A DNA stretch of 63,785 nucleotides, the filler included, from Reticulomyxa filosa (Eukaryota; Protista; Foraminifera), in assembly GCA_000512085.1 (NCBI GenBank). It is 12 parts of 12 records of this genome, joined end to end, with 100 filler letters (N's around TTAATTAATTAA, not from the genome) between each part and the next. Parts side by side here need not be neighbours in the genome. Positions count along the whole stretch, not along the records: positions 1 to 14,219 come from ASPP01012272.1; 11 more parts are not named here. One strand, written 5' to 3'. Each line of letters opens with the position of its first letter. The stretch's first letter is position 1. Below are positions 1-12,002 of the stretch, in pieces. The notes under the pieces were generated by a model. It was not told where the DNA came from. It saw nothing but the letters and a program-made list of their open reading frames with translations, and searched no databases. The translations under genes and the position numbers were made by a program.

Positions 1-2150
1 AAAAAAAAAAAAAAGGATAAATAAAAAAAGATGGACAAAACTTCGGTGCATATTTCAATGACCATGGTTTCATCTAGCATTGCATTTGTATTGACATAGG
101 CGGGATGTCGCATCGACTTTAATACAAAGGCGGTATGAGACGACGGCGAGGGACTCAACACCGTCGACAGTGGGTCTTGCTTCCTCTCATCTCGTTTATC
201 ACGAGACCGCAATAGCATTTGCTGTTGCTCTTGGTAGTCTTGTCGCCGTTTCAGATATGCATCATTTGTTTCTTTTTTTTTTTTTTTAAAAAAAAATCTT
301 GGAACTTATTAATTTATGAGATTTTTTTTTTTTTTTCTCAAAAAAAAAAGTGCAATACCATTGAAAGAGTCAAAAGCGTCCCCGGAATGCGAATAAGCCC
401 CTTTTTGGGAGGCCGTTTTCAAAGTGGCGGAGGGACGTGTCATTGTTACATTGGACAGCTGGTTTTGCTCTTCCATGGTTTTGGCAATGGTGTTCAACGA
501 GTCTTTGAAGTAGGGATTGCCAACGAGAGAGTTTAGCCCTACCCCGGGTATCGTAGTGGACAAGCTTACTCCTGTTATCGACGATGATATTCCTACGACA
601 ATAACAACAATGCATATGAATGCCAAGAAAAAAAGATTGTTATTATTTATTTGAATGAGAGAAATACCAGCGTCATGAGAGTCTGTAGTGTAAATAGGCT
701 GTGAAGGAGCAATGGCAGAGGAATAAAGAGCGCTGTTGACGTTGGTGCCAGCATTCATGTTTACGTTCATATTCAAACCGGGGAAGGTGGACATGGCCAG
801 CGATGACGGGATGCCATTAACATTAGTGGCAGCAGTGGCGGCGCTGGTAGCGGTGGTGAAGCCTCCGAACGAGGGTATCGTGGACAGGCCCGTCCCATCG
901 ACCCCACTTACCGTCAGCGGATTGAACACGCTCATCAGCGACGTCAGCGACGAGTCTTGCGCATTGCCAAGATTGCCATGTGCATGTGCGTTGGGATTCA
1001 TCATGACATTTGGATTTGTGTGTAAAGCTGTGTTATTCATATTGGCATTGGCATTGGCATTGACATTGACATTGGGATTGGGATTTAGATTTGCATTGAT
1101 ATTAGGATTGATATTGTTAGCATTGGCATTGAAATTGACATTGTTGGCATTGACATTAGGATTTGTATTAATATTAACACTTGCATGTGGATTTAAGTAA
1201 TCATATGCAGCCAATCCTGAATAGTCCTGTCCAAAATATCTTACACACACACACACATATATACATATATATATATATATAAAAGAGAAATAGAGATTAG
1301 TATATGGCATTGAAATAAAAATATATATATGTATATACCCTCCGTATGGAAACATATAGGCCATCTCATCAGGTGTGGCAGCAGCGGCCATGTATGCCAT
1401 GTCCATAGACTGTGCAGCAAAGGCGTTGGTAGGATCCATGGTATTGGCCATGACTTGTGTAAAGTAGTTATTGTAGTAGTAGGCGTAATTAGGATCGAAG
1501 TTGGTTGAATCAAATGACAAGTGGTCATGTCCATCTATTCCGACAACTCCTCCTCGACCTCTCATACCACGGCCACGACCTCTTCCTCCTGCTCGTCCGC
1601 GTCCACTGCCGCGACCTCGTCCGAATCCTTCGCCGCCGCCGCCTCTCCCACTTGTGATTGTGCTCGTGACATGGGAGGTCGAGGTATCCATTCTTCCATT
1701 GCTGGGTACACTCATGCCACGACCGTAGCCACGTCCATATCCACGTCCATATCCGGCTCCTCCTCGTCCTCTTCCTCGTCCGAATGGATACTTGTCTGTT
1801 GGCTCTTTCGACAACTGGATTGCTTTCTTCTCTTCCATTGATGGCGTGCTCTTCTTTGTGTCACCCTTGTTTTCTTTTATCCATTCATCATGCATTGTCT
1901 CCGCTTCTTCGTCGTCTTCGTCGATCCACTCTGCTGCGCTTTTCACTGTGTCTTGTTTTTTTTTTTTTACACACTCTTCCTCTCTTTTTCTTTCTTCTCC
2001 CCACCCTCTTTTCTTTTTTCTTTCTTTCTTAACGAATGACACCATGTCCGTCATCAAAGTGTAAGTTCGGCAACTGTCTATTAGAAAAAAATAATATTTT
2101 TTTGTTTCAAGATTGTATCTCCTGCAAAAACATTGTTTTCTCATCACCAA
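1..2150 (-). CDS. RGG/Gly-rich and Asn-rich low-complexity protein, putative RNA-binding (multi-exon, 3' end runs off window, start uncertain)
   Basis: ORF 309..2150 has GRGRG/GRGYG repeats, a Y/M/A-rich segment and (N-x)n hexamer repeats. T/A-rich stretches with GT..AG ends behave as introns. A further exon at ~46-262 reads DAYLKRRQDYQEQQQMLLRS... Confidence 0.6.
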
Positions 2151-2749
2151 CAGAAATCAATACGAACGTCAGTTTTTTCTTTCCCTTCTTTTCTTTCTTT
2201 CCCTTCTTCTGACATCTTTGCAAGATTACGCAAGATCTCTTTCTTTTTATATTATTATCGACACAAAATTTACGTACTATATAATCAATGAAGCAAGATG
2301 GATTTTTTTTCCCTCTTTCCTTTTCAATACTTCTATTGGAAACTGAACGTTGGGAAATTTTTTTTTCCTTACCCTTACTTTTACTTCGTCTAAATAAAAG
2401 CAGCGGTCATTTCAACGTTTGATTTGCTTTTGTTTTTGTAAAAAAATGTTGTAGTATAAATCTGCATTGAATAAAACAACACAATGTGGCTCAACTGAAC
2501 AGTGGATTGCTCAAAATGGAAAAGAACAAAAAGAAATAGGAAAGAGAATAAGTTATCAATTTCATTTTGTTTAAACACCCTTTTTGAAGACCAGGGCGAA
2601 CAGATTCGAAAAGAATTTTCTAAGATGAAAAAGAGGAGAGAAGAAAAAAAAAGACTACATTGCCTTGTAAAAAAAATTGTATTGAAAAAACAAACCCCAA
2701 ACAAAAATAATAAAACCGACAAAGTCTGGAAAAGCAAAACCAGTCCAAA

Positions 2750-4417
2750 CTATTTTTTGGTGGCATTGGCAAGCCAGTCATGTGGATTGGTATAAACCTT
2801 GTGTGCAGCAATTTCGAAATCATGGACAGGATCTCTGCAGTACTCCCAACGGGCAGTAAGAGGCAACGACATCAAAATGGACTCAATCCTTGATCCCGAC
2901 TTCATCAAGCCAAATTTGGTGCCCCTGTCATACATCAAATTGAATTCGACATAGCGTCCACGGCGTAGCTGTTGCCAGTCCTTTTCCTCGGGCGTATACG
3001 TTTGGAACGCGTGTCTCCGTACCAATGGGATGTACGCTTTCGCGTACGCACTAGCGCAGTCTTTCACAAAGCCCATCAAGCGCTCTTTGCTATTTTTCGT
3101 ATCATTCGTTCCGCACGTTAAGTCATCAAAGAATATGCCACCTATTTTTATTATTGGAATAATAATGCTAATCACAAATTTTGTGCAAAAAAAAAAAGAA
3201 GGATTTTTTTAAAAATACCGATTCCGCGTCTTTCATTTCGGTGTTGAATGAGAAAGTAATCATCACACCATTTTTTATAAAGCGGATACAACGAAGTGTC
3301 TGTGGGGTCGCAGGCCTGCTTCAAAGTGTTGTGGAAGTGCGCACAGTCTTCGTCGTAGATAATGGATGGGGTCAAATCAGCCCCGCCTCCGTACCACCAC
3401 ACTTTACACACAAATTCCCCGGTCTTTTTGTCAACATCACCCAATTCAAAGTAGCGATAATTGAAGTGGCCCGTTGGCGCGTGAGGGTTCCAAGGATGGA
3501 TCACACTGCTCACACTAGCCGCAAAAAACTCAACATTACCTTTTTCGTCACCCAATTTTTTTTGCCCCTTTTTTTTCGCAACACCATTGGAAAAACAAAA
3601 AAAAGTATGTATACGTTATCTGTAAAAAAAAACAAACAAACAAAAAATTACCAAAAGTTGTTTCAATTCGACATGGTCAGCAGTCATCTGTTGGACAGCA
3701 GCTGGTGACAATGAGCCGCTGGAGACACTAACACTGACACCAGCTTTTTCAAACACTTTTCCATTAGACAGCACTTTGGTCAATCCCCCTGAATGAGGAC
3801 TTGCTGCTCCTGTCTTGTCTCGTTCCCAAAAGTCAGCAACAAATTGTTTAGGTCGCTCTCCTATTGATAACAATAACAACAATAATAAGGACAGTAATTA
3901 TAATATTTTTGTTTTTTTTTAAAAAGTGTAATGTAATGAAATAACCTGAATGACGACACGCCTCCAGCTCCAACTGTTCTGCTTCATAACAAACGTGCTC
4001 CTGGGTGGCTCGGACTAGTCTTTCCATCCTCGCTTTCATATTGTCTTTGGACAGGCCTTCGTTGAGCTTTTCATCTTTCGTAAAAATCAACTCGATTTGA
4101 TCGTGAAAGTTGTCCCAACTCGACTTCAATTTTGGGTCCAATGGCAACGGCTTCTCGTAATAGGGTATTTGCTTGTTCCCACTTTCGCCAAGCTCTTTGG
4201 CATCCATCTGCGATGAAGGAGTTTTCTCCTTTTTCCAGGGGAGCTTCTCCTTCATTCGAGAAACAAAAGGTTTTGCGACAGGGGGTGCTGTTTCTCGGTT
4301 CGACCCAGTTGCCGTTGAGCTGTCATTCGTCGTCACTAACGAAGCTGCTGTCAGAAATCCTACTGGATATAACGAAAGAGGTCTTAATAATGATATGCGA
4401 AAACGACTTGTCCACAT
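2750..4417 (-). CDS. CPOX: Oxygen-dependent coproporphyrinogen-III oxidase, 4 exons (4417-3946, 3860-3652, 3567-3219, 3141-2750)
   Basis: Motifs [83 protein letters not shown]. The GT-AG introns join the exons in frame. Confidence 0.95.
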
Positions 4418-4637
4418 TATCAATACATAGATGAATTCAAATCATTACAAAGGGTCCAAACGCTCATTTTTTTGTTATATTTCTACAATGATTTATTGTC
4501 TGTACGAGAAAGTTTAGTTAATATTCAAACAGTCAATTAATTTTAATTTTTATTTTGAATAAAACGAGATACTTAAAATCACAACATAACAAAACTAAGC
4601 AAAGAAAAACAATTTGATCAAGAAAGTCATTGGCCAG

Positions 4638-5484
4638 TTAGTTTTTCTTCGTAAGAAAAATGACAGAAACAATAACTCCTAACAAGCACAGAACAATCAA
4701 AAGCATCCAACACAATCGGTTGCGATAAGCCCGCTGCCGTGTTTTTGCAGTGATTATATTATCAAGAGCAGGCTTCATATTGTCATTGACATCGTCAACG
4801 TTATTTTTCAACATTACAACGTGCTCCTGTTTTTTCAAAAAAGAGATATAAGCGAATCAAATGTAATCAAAGCATTAAATAAATAAAAGTAAAAATAGAT
4901 AAGTTAACTTCTTGTCTTTGGACAGTATCATGCAAATCAGTGACCATATTCTTCAAATCCAAGAGCTCTTGCACCACTTCATAGACTCTCTCTTCACGCT
5001 GTTCTAACTCATCTAAACGATAGGATTCGATCAGCCGAAATTCATCTACTTGTTGTTGTTGCTGTTGTCCTTTTTGCAAAGCTACAGGTGTGGGCTTCTC
5101 GACTTTCCTTGCATCGACAGGCTCCAAAATTGGGTTTTGAGATGCCACAGAGTAGCGCTCTTGTTTTGTAATAATTTGTTCCACAACACTTTTAAGAGAA
5201 CGCACTTGCTTCGCGTAGTCTCGTCGCCATTTCTGCGATGCTGCAGCATCGCTGCTTTTACTTTCAAAATCGTTTATGTTTTGGTTTATTTGTGCGCTCA
5301 ATCTTATTGCAGTCTGGATCTCTTTTTTTATCTCTTTACGACGTTCGAGAGTGTCCGCTGCTTTACCTATCGTTTCACTATACTCGGAAATATTGCGCTG
5401 ATATTTCCAAAGTTGGCATAAATTTTTTTCCAGCAGTGATGCCGGATTTGTATCTTGCAACAATGGTTGAATATTTGATTCCAT
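4638..5484 (-). CDS. Syntaxin-family t-SNARE (syntaxin-7/12-like)
   Basis: Helical Habc-like N-terminus, SNARE heptads (VVQELLDLKNMVTDLHDTVQRQE|EHV...NV), C-terminal TM (LCWMLLIVLCLLGVIVSVIFL). Intron 4908-4827 joins in frame. Confidence 0.8.
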
Positions 5485-5873
5485 CTATTCTTTATGTACA
5501 AAATAGCAGAACTTGTTTTTTTTGGCCAAACGTTCACTGTTGTCTAACAGTAAACAATTTGCACGCGTTGGACGCTTGCAATTAATCTTTTTTCTTTGAT
5601 AGCTTGGAAGTAAAATTTAAATTATTTTCAGTAATGCATTTCAAAAAATAGAAAAAAATTAACATTCGTCTGTTTTTAAAAAACTCAACTAATTGATGTT
5701 TTTACATAATAAATCAAGATTTGAGCGTTTTTATAGTATCTCTTGCTTAACAAAGTGAAAAGAGGAGAAAAGATCTGTATTGAAATTTAATTGTGCATCT
5801 TAGACGAAGGGGTTCCTTCCAAAAAGTTTTTGTAATAATTAAATCAAGATCATACATATTGCTCCTAGAAATA

Positions 5874-7004
5874 ATGACTGATTTTGTCGAATCTTTAGAT
5901 GTAAAGAAACATTGGAATCGAAATTGGAGAAACTTGAACGTGGAAGCAGCAAAAATGGTAGAACAACTATTAAATAAAAACGAGCATGGGCTGATTGTTG
6001 TTGCGAGCAATACTTCAAACCAGAAAAAGATGGAAGATGATTTTTCCTTATCTACACAGTTGAACGCTTACCAAGCCGAAAAAGTTGAATTTGGGAAATA
6101 TTCAATGTATGTGATAAAAAGTAGATTGATTATTTTGGACAGAGTATGTATCGATGGCAATGTGTATGCGGTCAATTGTGAAATTCAATGTAAAAAGAAG
6201 TGCAATATCACAACGCAGTTGTATTGTACAGCAGATGCCATTATCGATGAAAAATTGAAAGAGTCGATTTTACCCATTCAATGGAACACCAAAATGCATC
6301 ATGATATTCCGATACAACTCAAAGACTTGGAAGACAAAGGAAAGAGTTGTTTAGGACAAACTTGTTTTTATGACGGTATTAAGCATTTGGAAAATCATTT
6401 GAAGCTGTCAATGAACACATTTGGACCTACTCATCGCCTTGTCTCTATTTCATATAACCTGCTTGGAACTGCTTATTCGGGCAATAGACAATACAACAAA
6501 GCAATTAAATTTTATGAACAATCCTTGAAAATTGTGTTAGACAATTTCGGAACCAACTGTGATTTTGCCGCTCAATTGTATCAAAATTTAGGAAATGCGT
6601 ATGAAAGTAAATCAGCATTTGACAAGGCGATAGAATGTCATGAAAAGTCGATGAAGATCAAATTGGAGACATTTGGGAGTAACCATGCCAGTGTCGCTGT
6701 TTCATATTATAATTTGGGAGGCATCTATTTTAGACAGCGATATTTTGATAAGGCCATTGAATACGATAAAAAAGCGTTGACAATAAGGAAGCAAATATTT
6801 GGAAATACAAGCAAATGTGTCGGTAATGTATGTTGGAATTTGGGGGCAAATTTTCAATTGAAAGGGTATAAAAGAACAGCGTGTGAGTATTTTGAGCAAG
6901 CTTGGATGGTGTATAGTGTTACTTTGGGAGACTGGAATGAAAGCACATTGCGAGCCAAGAAACAGATTAAAGCATTGAAGGAAGAGTTAGGTACGTTAGA
7001 TTAA
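5874..7004 (+). CDS. TPR-repeat protein with conserved family-specific N-terminal domain (module 1; probably spliced to module 2)
   Basis: Kinesin-light-chain-type TPR repeats (YNLLGTAY..., YQNLGNAY..., YYNLGGIY...). N-terminal KKHWN...EAAKMVE / IDGNVYAVNC / PIQWNTK.HHDIP blocks are shared with 7053-8425 and 45455-46581. Confidence 0.85.
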   Translation: MTDFVESLDVKKHWNRNWRNLNVEAAKMVEQLLNKNEHGLIVVASNTSNQKKMEDDFSLSTQLNAYQAEKVEFGKYSMYVIKSRLIILDRVCIDGNVYAVNCEIQCKKKCNITTQLYCTADAIIDEKLKESILPIQWNTKMHHDIPIQLKDLEDKGKSCLGQTCFYDGIKHLENHLKLSMNTFGPTHRLVSISYNLLGTAYSGNRQYNKAIKFYEQSLKIVLDNFGTNCDFAAQLYQNLGNAYESKSAFDKAIECHEKSMKIKLETFGSNHASVAVSYYNLGGIYFRQRYFDKAIEYDKKALTIRKQIFGNTSKCVGNVCWNLGANFQLKGYKRTACEYFEQAWMVYSVTLGDWNESTLRAKKQIKALKEELGTLD

Positions 7005-7052
7005 TTAACTCTTTTTTTTAAAAAAAACTTTTTCTTGAAGAATGATAACAAG

Positions 7053-8425
7053 GAAAGCACATATTGATAGTGTATCTAACAAAAGAAGAGCTCGAAAGGG
7101 ATACAAAGCAATTACCAACAATTAAAAGAGTGGATATGGTGGCATCATCGGAAGATAGAAATAGAATCAAGCATTTAAATTTTAAGAAACATTGGAACGT
7201 CCGTTGGAAAATAGCAAATGAAAGCGCAACCAAAATGGTTGAGAAGATGATAAAGGGTGGCGGACAGGGATTAATTATTGTGGCAAGTAATATTTCTCAA
7301 ATGAATGACAAGATAAATGAGCATTTGCACAAAATTAATGATGAACCTTGTCTGTTCCTTTCATTGATGAATAGTAACAAAGCTGTGAAAAAAAGGACAT
7401 TTGGATCATACTGCATATATGCAATCGAGTCCAAATTGGTGATATTCGATGATGGTGTAGATATTGATGGAAATGTGTATGCGATTAATTGCAGTGTGCA
7501 ATGCCAAAAAAATGTAAAGATTTCAATGCAGTTCTTTGTTTCAGAAAACACTGTTGTCGATCCCAAGTTGCAACTTTCTATCACACCGACTCAATGGAAC
7601 ACCAAAATCTATCATGATATTCCACTTCAGTTGGAAGGTCTCATTCACAAATCCAAAAATTGTTCAAAAAAAAGCCTATTTGCTGATGCAATCTCCTGTG
7701 CACAAAAGAGTGTGAAAATTGCTATCAGAACGTTTGGAGATGAACACCCTTATGTAGCAGATACAAATCACTATTTGGGGGTTGCCTATTATAAAAAAAA
7801 GCGATATAGAAAAGCAATTACTTGTTATGAAAAAGCGTTTCATATCAGATCGATTTTTTTTGGAACCAATCATGACGAAATAGCTACGACTTACAATTGC
7901 TTAGGAATTACCTATGATAGGATGGGGAAGTATGACAAAGCCATTGAATATCATGAAAAAGCATTGCAAATCAGATTAGCCAATTTTACCAAATGCTGCA
8001 GTGCCGTTGCCACTTCGTATAACAATTTGGGAGCTGCCTATTCTAAAACTGAACAGTATGATAAAGCAATTGAATGTCATGAAAGCGCTCTAAAGATAAA
8101 ACTGAATTTGCATGGGACAAATCACAACGACGTTGCAAGCTTGTATCACAATTTAGGGATTGCCTATGATAAAAAAAAACAATACAATAAAGCGATTGAA
8201 CACAAGGAAAAAGTACTGGAAATTCGAACACAAATATTTGGGAAGAAACACAGGGCAATTGCTAGTGCCAACATGGGTTTAGGAAGAGTTTTTGAAGCGA
8301 CTGGAGAAAGAGAAACTGCTTGTAAGTATTATGAAGAAGCGTGGAAGGTGTATAGTATGGCATTGGGTGAGTTTGACCGAGAAACATTACAAGCAAAAGC
8401 AAAAGTCCAAGAGAAAGCAAAATAG
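7053..8425 (+). CDS. TPR-repeat protein paralogue (module 2)
   Basis: Same N-terminal domain plus about 5-6 TPRs (YDKAIEYHEKAL..., HNDVASLYHNLG). No ATG before the IVYLT block, and an in-frame splice acceptor at 7051-7052. Confidence 0.85.
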
Positions 8426-8927
8426 TTTCAATTTTTTGACAAATTATTCAATTTAACTCAACAATTTTGTTCTAAACATCTTTTTACATTTTTTTTCACT
8501 TTATAAAATAAAAATTTGATAACGTTTTATTTTTTGCGCAACGTTTTGCAGTTCCTAATTTCTAAAATAACTGAGCACTTTTTGATATTGACTTGTAATT
8601 AATATCTTGGGAGAGTAATGTTTCTCCTTGCCTTGTTAATTAAAATGCATACCAATTAAATAGTTTTTCTTTTGTACAGGTAGCTTATCAGGATTTTATA
8701 AAATCACCGTTTTTTTGCAACTGCCTTGAGTGTAAAACTTAGTAACATCTGTGGCTGTTTAAACTCACTCGAACGACAATGCTTTTCTTGAGCAATATAA
8801 ATGGAAATTTTATCATGTATGGATGAAAATTACTAATGAAACACAAAAATCAACAAAGGTTTATCAAGATTAGTGTACTTGAAAGTTAACACAAACAATA
8901 TCAAAAGATATTGTTGAATCTAATTTG

Positions 8928-11251
8928 CTAGCTCAGTAAACGAATGATACCCTTGACGGTACCATAACATAAAATATAGCCACAACCACCGTTCGCACTT
9001 TTCTTGAATTTCTCAAATGATAAAAACTCAAGACAACATATCCCATAATCGTCATCAAATCCTTTGATCTGATGTAATTGCTTCATTGACCGGATATCCC
9101 AGAATCTGATAGTGTTATCAAATGATCCAGAACATATTATTTGTGCAGCATTACCATTATTTTCACATGGCAACCATTTAACAGCAGACACCGTTTCTGT
9201 GTGTCCCTTGAAAAGACAAATTCGCACTCCTGTTCGAATATCCCACAGTCGAATGGTTTTGTCAGAGGATCCAGAGCACAGCACATTGCCACCAACAATG
9301 CTTATTTCATTTCGGGAATATTGAATACTTCTCACGAGCTCTGTATGTTCTCTGAAAACAAGCAATTCTTTGAGAGTTTCAATATCCCACAAGCGAATAG
9401 TATTATCACCAGAACCAGAACAAATTGTATATCCATTACCACCAATCACACCAACACTATTGCACTTGTTGTCATTGGTCTGCAGTGGTGAAAATTCGAC
9501 ACACCGAATCCAATTTTCATGTCCATTGAAAACGTGCAAGGACTTGGACGTCTTAACATCCCACAAACGAACAGTTTTATCAACTGATCCAGAACATAAA
9601 TATCTTCCACCAGTGAATGGTGAAAATTGAATATCGTTAACAGAAATATTATGCCCTTCAAGAGTTTGACTTTCTTCAGTTGTTTTGAGATCTCGAAAAA
9701 TGATGCTGTTTCTCGACTTTGAGTTAGTCCAAAAAGTGGGGCGTGTACGATGATAGGAAGATAATTTTGCATTGTTCACAAAATGCGGGCTTGACCCAAA
9801 GATTTTCAAATCTTGAGTCCATGCCGTCAAACCTCTGAATTTGCTTATTGGTATCCAAGTCCCATATACGAATTGAGTCATCCGACGCAGAGCAAAGAAA
9901 TCGACCAACATCAAAGGAAGAATATTGAAGACTTTCCACAGAGCTGGAGTGTTCAGTGAAAATTCTAAACAGTTTAGAAGGAAAAGATAAAATAGCTTCA
10001 TTGTTTTTTTGTTCGTCTTGACTGGAAAGCTTTTGAATATCTTGAGTGAGTTTGCCATTCTTTTTTTGCAAGAGCTTATCAATTGATCATAATGCAACAA
10101 TTTGTCTTCTTTTTTGGAAAAATCCTTTTTCATATCTTCAACACCATCACGAAGTTTAAGTAATTCTTGATGGTATTCTTTTTGGATGTTTTGGATTTCA
10201 TTGTATTTTTCCAATAATTCTTTTTGTTTCAATTCCACCGCTTTGTTCATTTTTTTCATTTCATCTTTTTTTGAAACAATTTCATTTTTTATTTTTTCAA
10301 TTCCGACAAGAGTTTCTTGCTATCTCAATCAATTTCATTGTTCACTGATACTGTATTGCATATGATATATCTAGCTTTTCAAAAACAAACAAACAAACAA
10401 AAAATACCTTAGAAGAATTGAGTTGAAGAATATCTTGTTGGAGCTGTGATATTTCTTTTTTCAATGCAGCATTTTCACTTATTAATATTGAATTTTCTTC
10501 ATTTACTTTTTCATGTAATCCTAATTGTACTTTCAATTGTCTTATTTCTTCCTATTTCGTTTTTATTATTTATGTGAATGTATTTTTTTAAAATACCAAT
10601 GTTGTCAAAAAGAAACAAGCAATTCGACTTGATAAAGTTGGATAGTTTGTTGCAATGAATCGACAAATTTCACAGCCAAATCAAAGTGAGGTTTTAATTG
10701 TGAAGTCAAGTGGTCTTGTAGTTTATGTTTGAGATAAGTGTGATCGCATCCAAATGGTTTATACCAACAATCCAACAATTTCAAAGGACACGCATTTTCC
10801 AAGTGATCGTGTAGCTCTTTAATCTTTCCTTTGAAATCGCATACCACCTTTTCATGTCCTTGTTCTTGGGAATATGTCAGTGATCTCTGTTGAAATTGTA
10901 ACGGACATATCACTTTCAATGCATCAATTTGTCGTTGTATCACTCCACTTCGAGAGTACAAACAACTGTCATGATGTTGAACAGGGCAGGAATTCGGGTT
11001 AGAATTTAAAAAATGTTTCAAACAATTCTCTCCAACAAGAAGTACTTCATCCAGACTTTGGTGTTGCGGACAGTCAATTTCAATAGGAATGTTAGCGACT
11101 TGTTTACAGATCCAACAAATAAAATTGTCAATTTGATCTTGCTGGTTCAGTTCCAGTATCCAGTTTTTGTTGAAGCATGTTTGCCGAAAAGAAAATGGAA
11201 TCGCTCCAGTTCTTCTCTCTATGGTGTTTTTTCCTCTCCTGCTTTACTCAT
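8928..11251 (-). CDS. RING/TRAF-type zinc-finger + coiled-coil + WD40-repeat protein (contains frameshifts)
   Basis: CFNKNWI..., ICWICKQVANIPIEIDCPQH, CDFKGKIKELHDHLENAC, CWYKPFGC, then coiled coil, then repeated GH...CSGS.D.TIRLWD WD40 units. Frameshifts near 11230, 10065 and ~9810. Confidence 0.85.
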
Positions 11252-12002
11252 TTTTTCCCTCTGAAAGTTTTTTTATTGATTGAGAATACGTTCACTAAAT
11301 TTTTTTGTTGAATTTTTGCAGAAGGAGGGACTGACAACAACGCAACTGTTACATTCTCACTGATATTATCGGATGGCCAAAAGTTGTTTGCTTGAACCAC
11401 GTAATACAATTTGCTTATGGGATGTCGAATCTCCAGCAGGGAGAATGATATTGAGTGTAATTTAAATTAAACATGAGCAACAAATTTTTCCTCAGAGATT
11501 AAAACGCTTGTATCAGATCCACCTAGCGGAGTATTATAAACTGTATCTCAAGCCATAGAACTACTCTCAATTTTCCTAACTTATTAAAATTAATGACTGA
11601 CACAGTTGAAAGTATCTTTTCATTAAAAATGATGCTGCTTGATATGATTTGTCCTCTTCTTAAAAATATCACAGCAAAAATTAATAAATAACTTTCTCTT
11701 ACTTGAATATTACTTGTCATCATTTTGTAAAAAATGTTATGATTTTCATTTTTTTCTTGCAAATCATAAAAATCAAGAGATGACCCAAGGTTTATAATGT
11801 TTTGAACAGAATTTATAGAGCATAGTGTAAAATATACAATAATAACATAATTATCCATTACCTTGTGTCTCTGAATTTAAAAATATATCTTAATTTATTT
11901 TATTCGGTTTTTGTGCCCTTGCTCTCGTACAAGGAGTGAAAAAAAAAACGGCCATATTGCACATAATTTGACTCATATTCCAGTTCGTTGGGTATCTAGC
12001 CA

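Noticed and set aside
11340-11440. Tiny WD40-like remnant (NTICLWDVES)
   Set aside because: Too short to support as a feature
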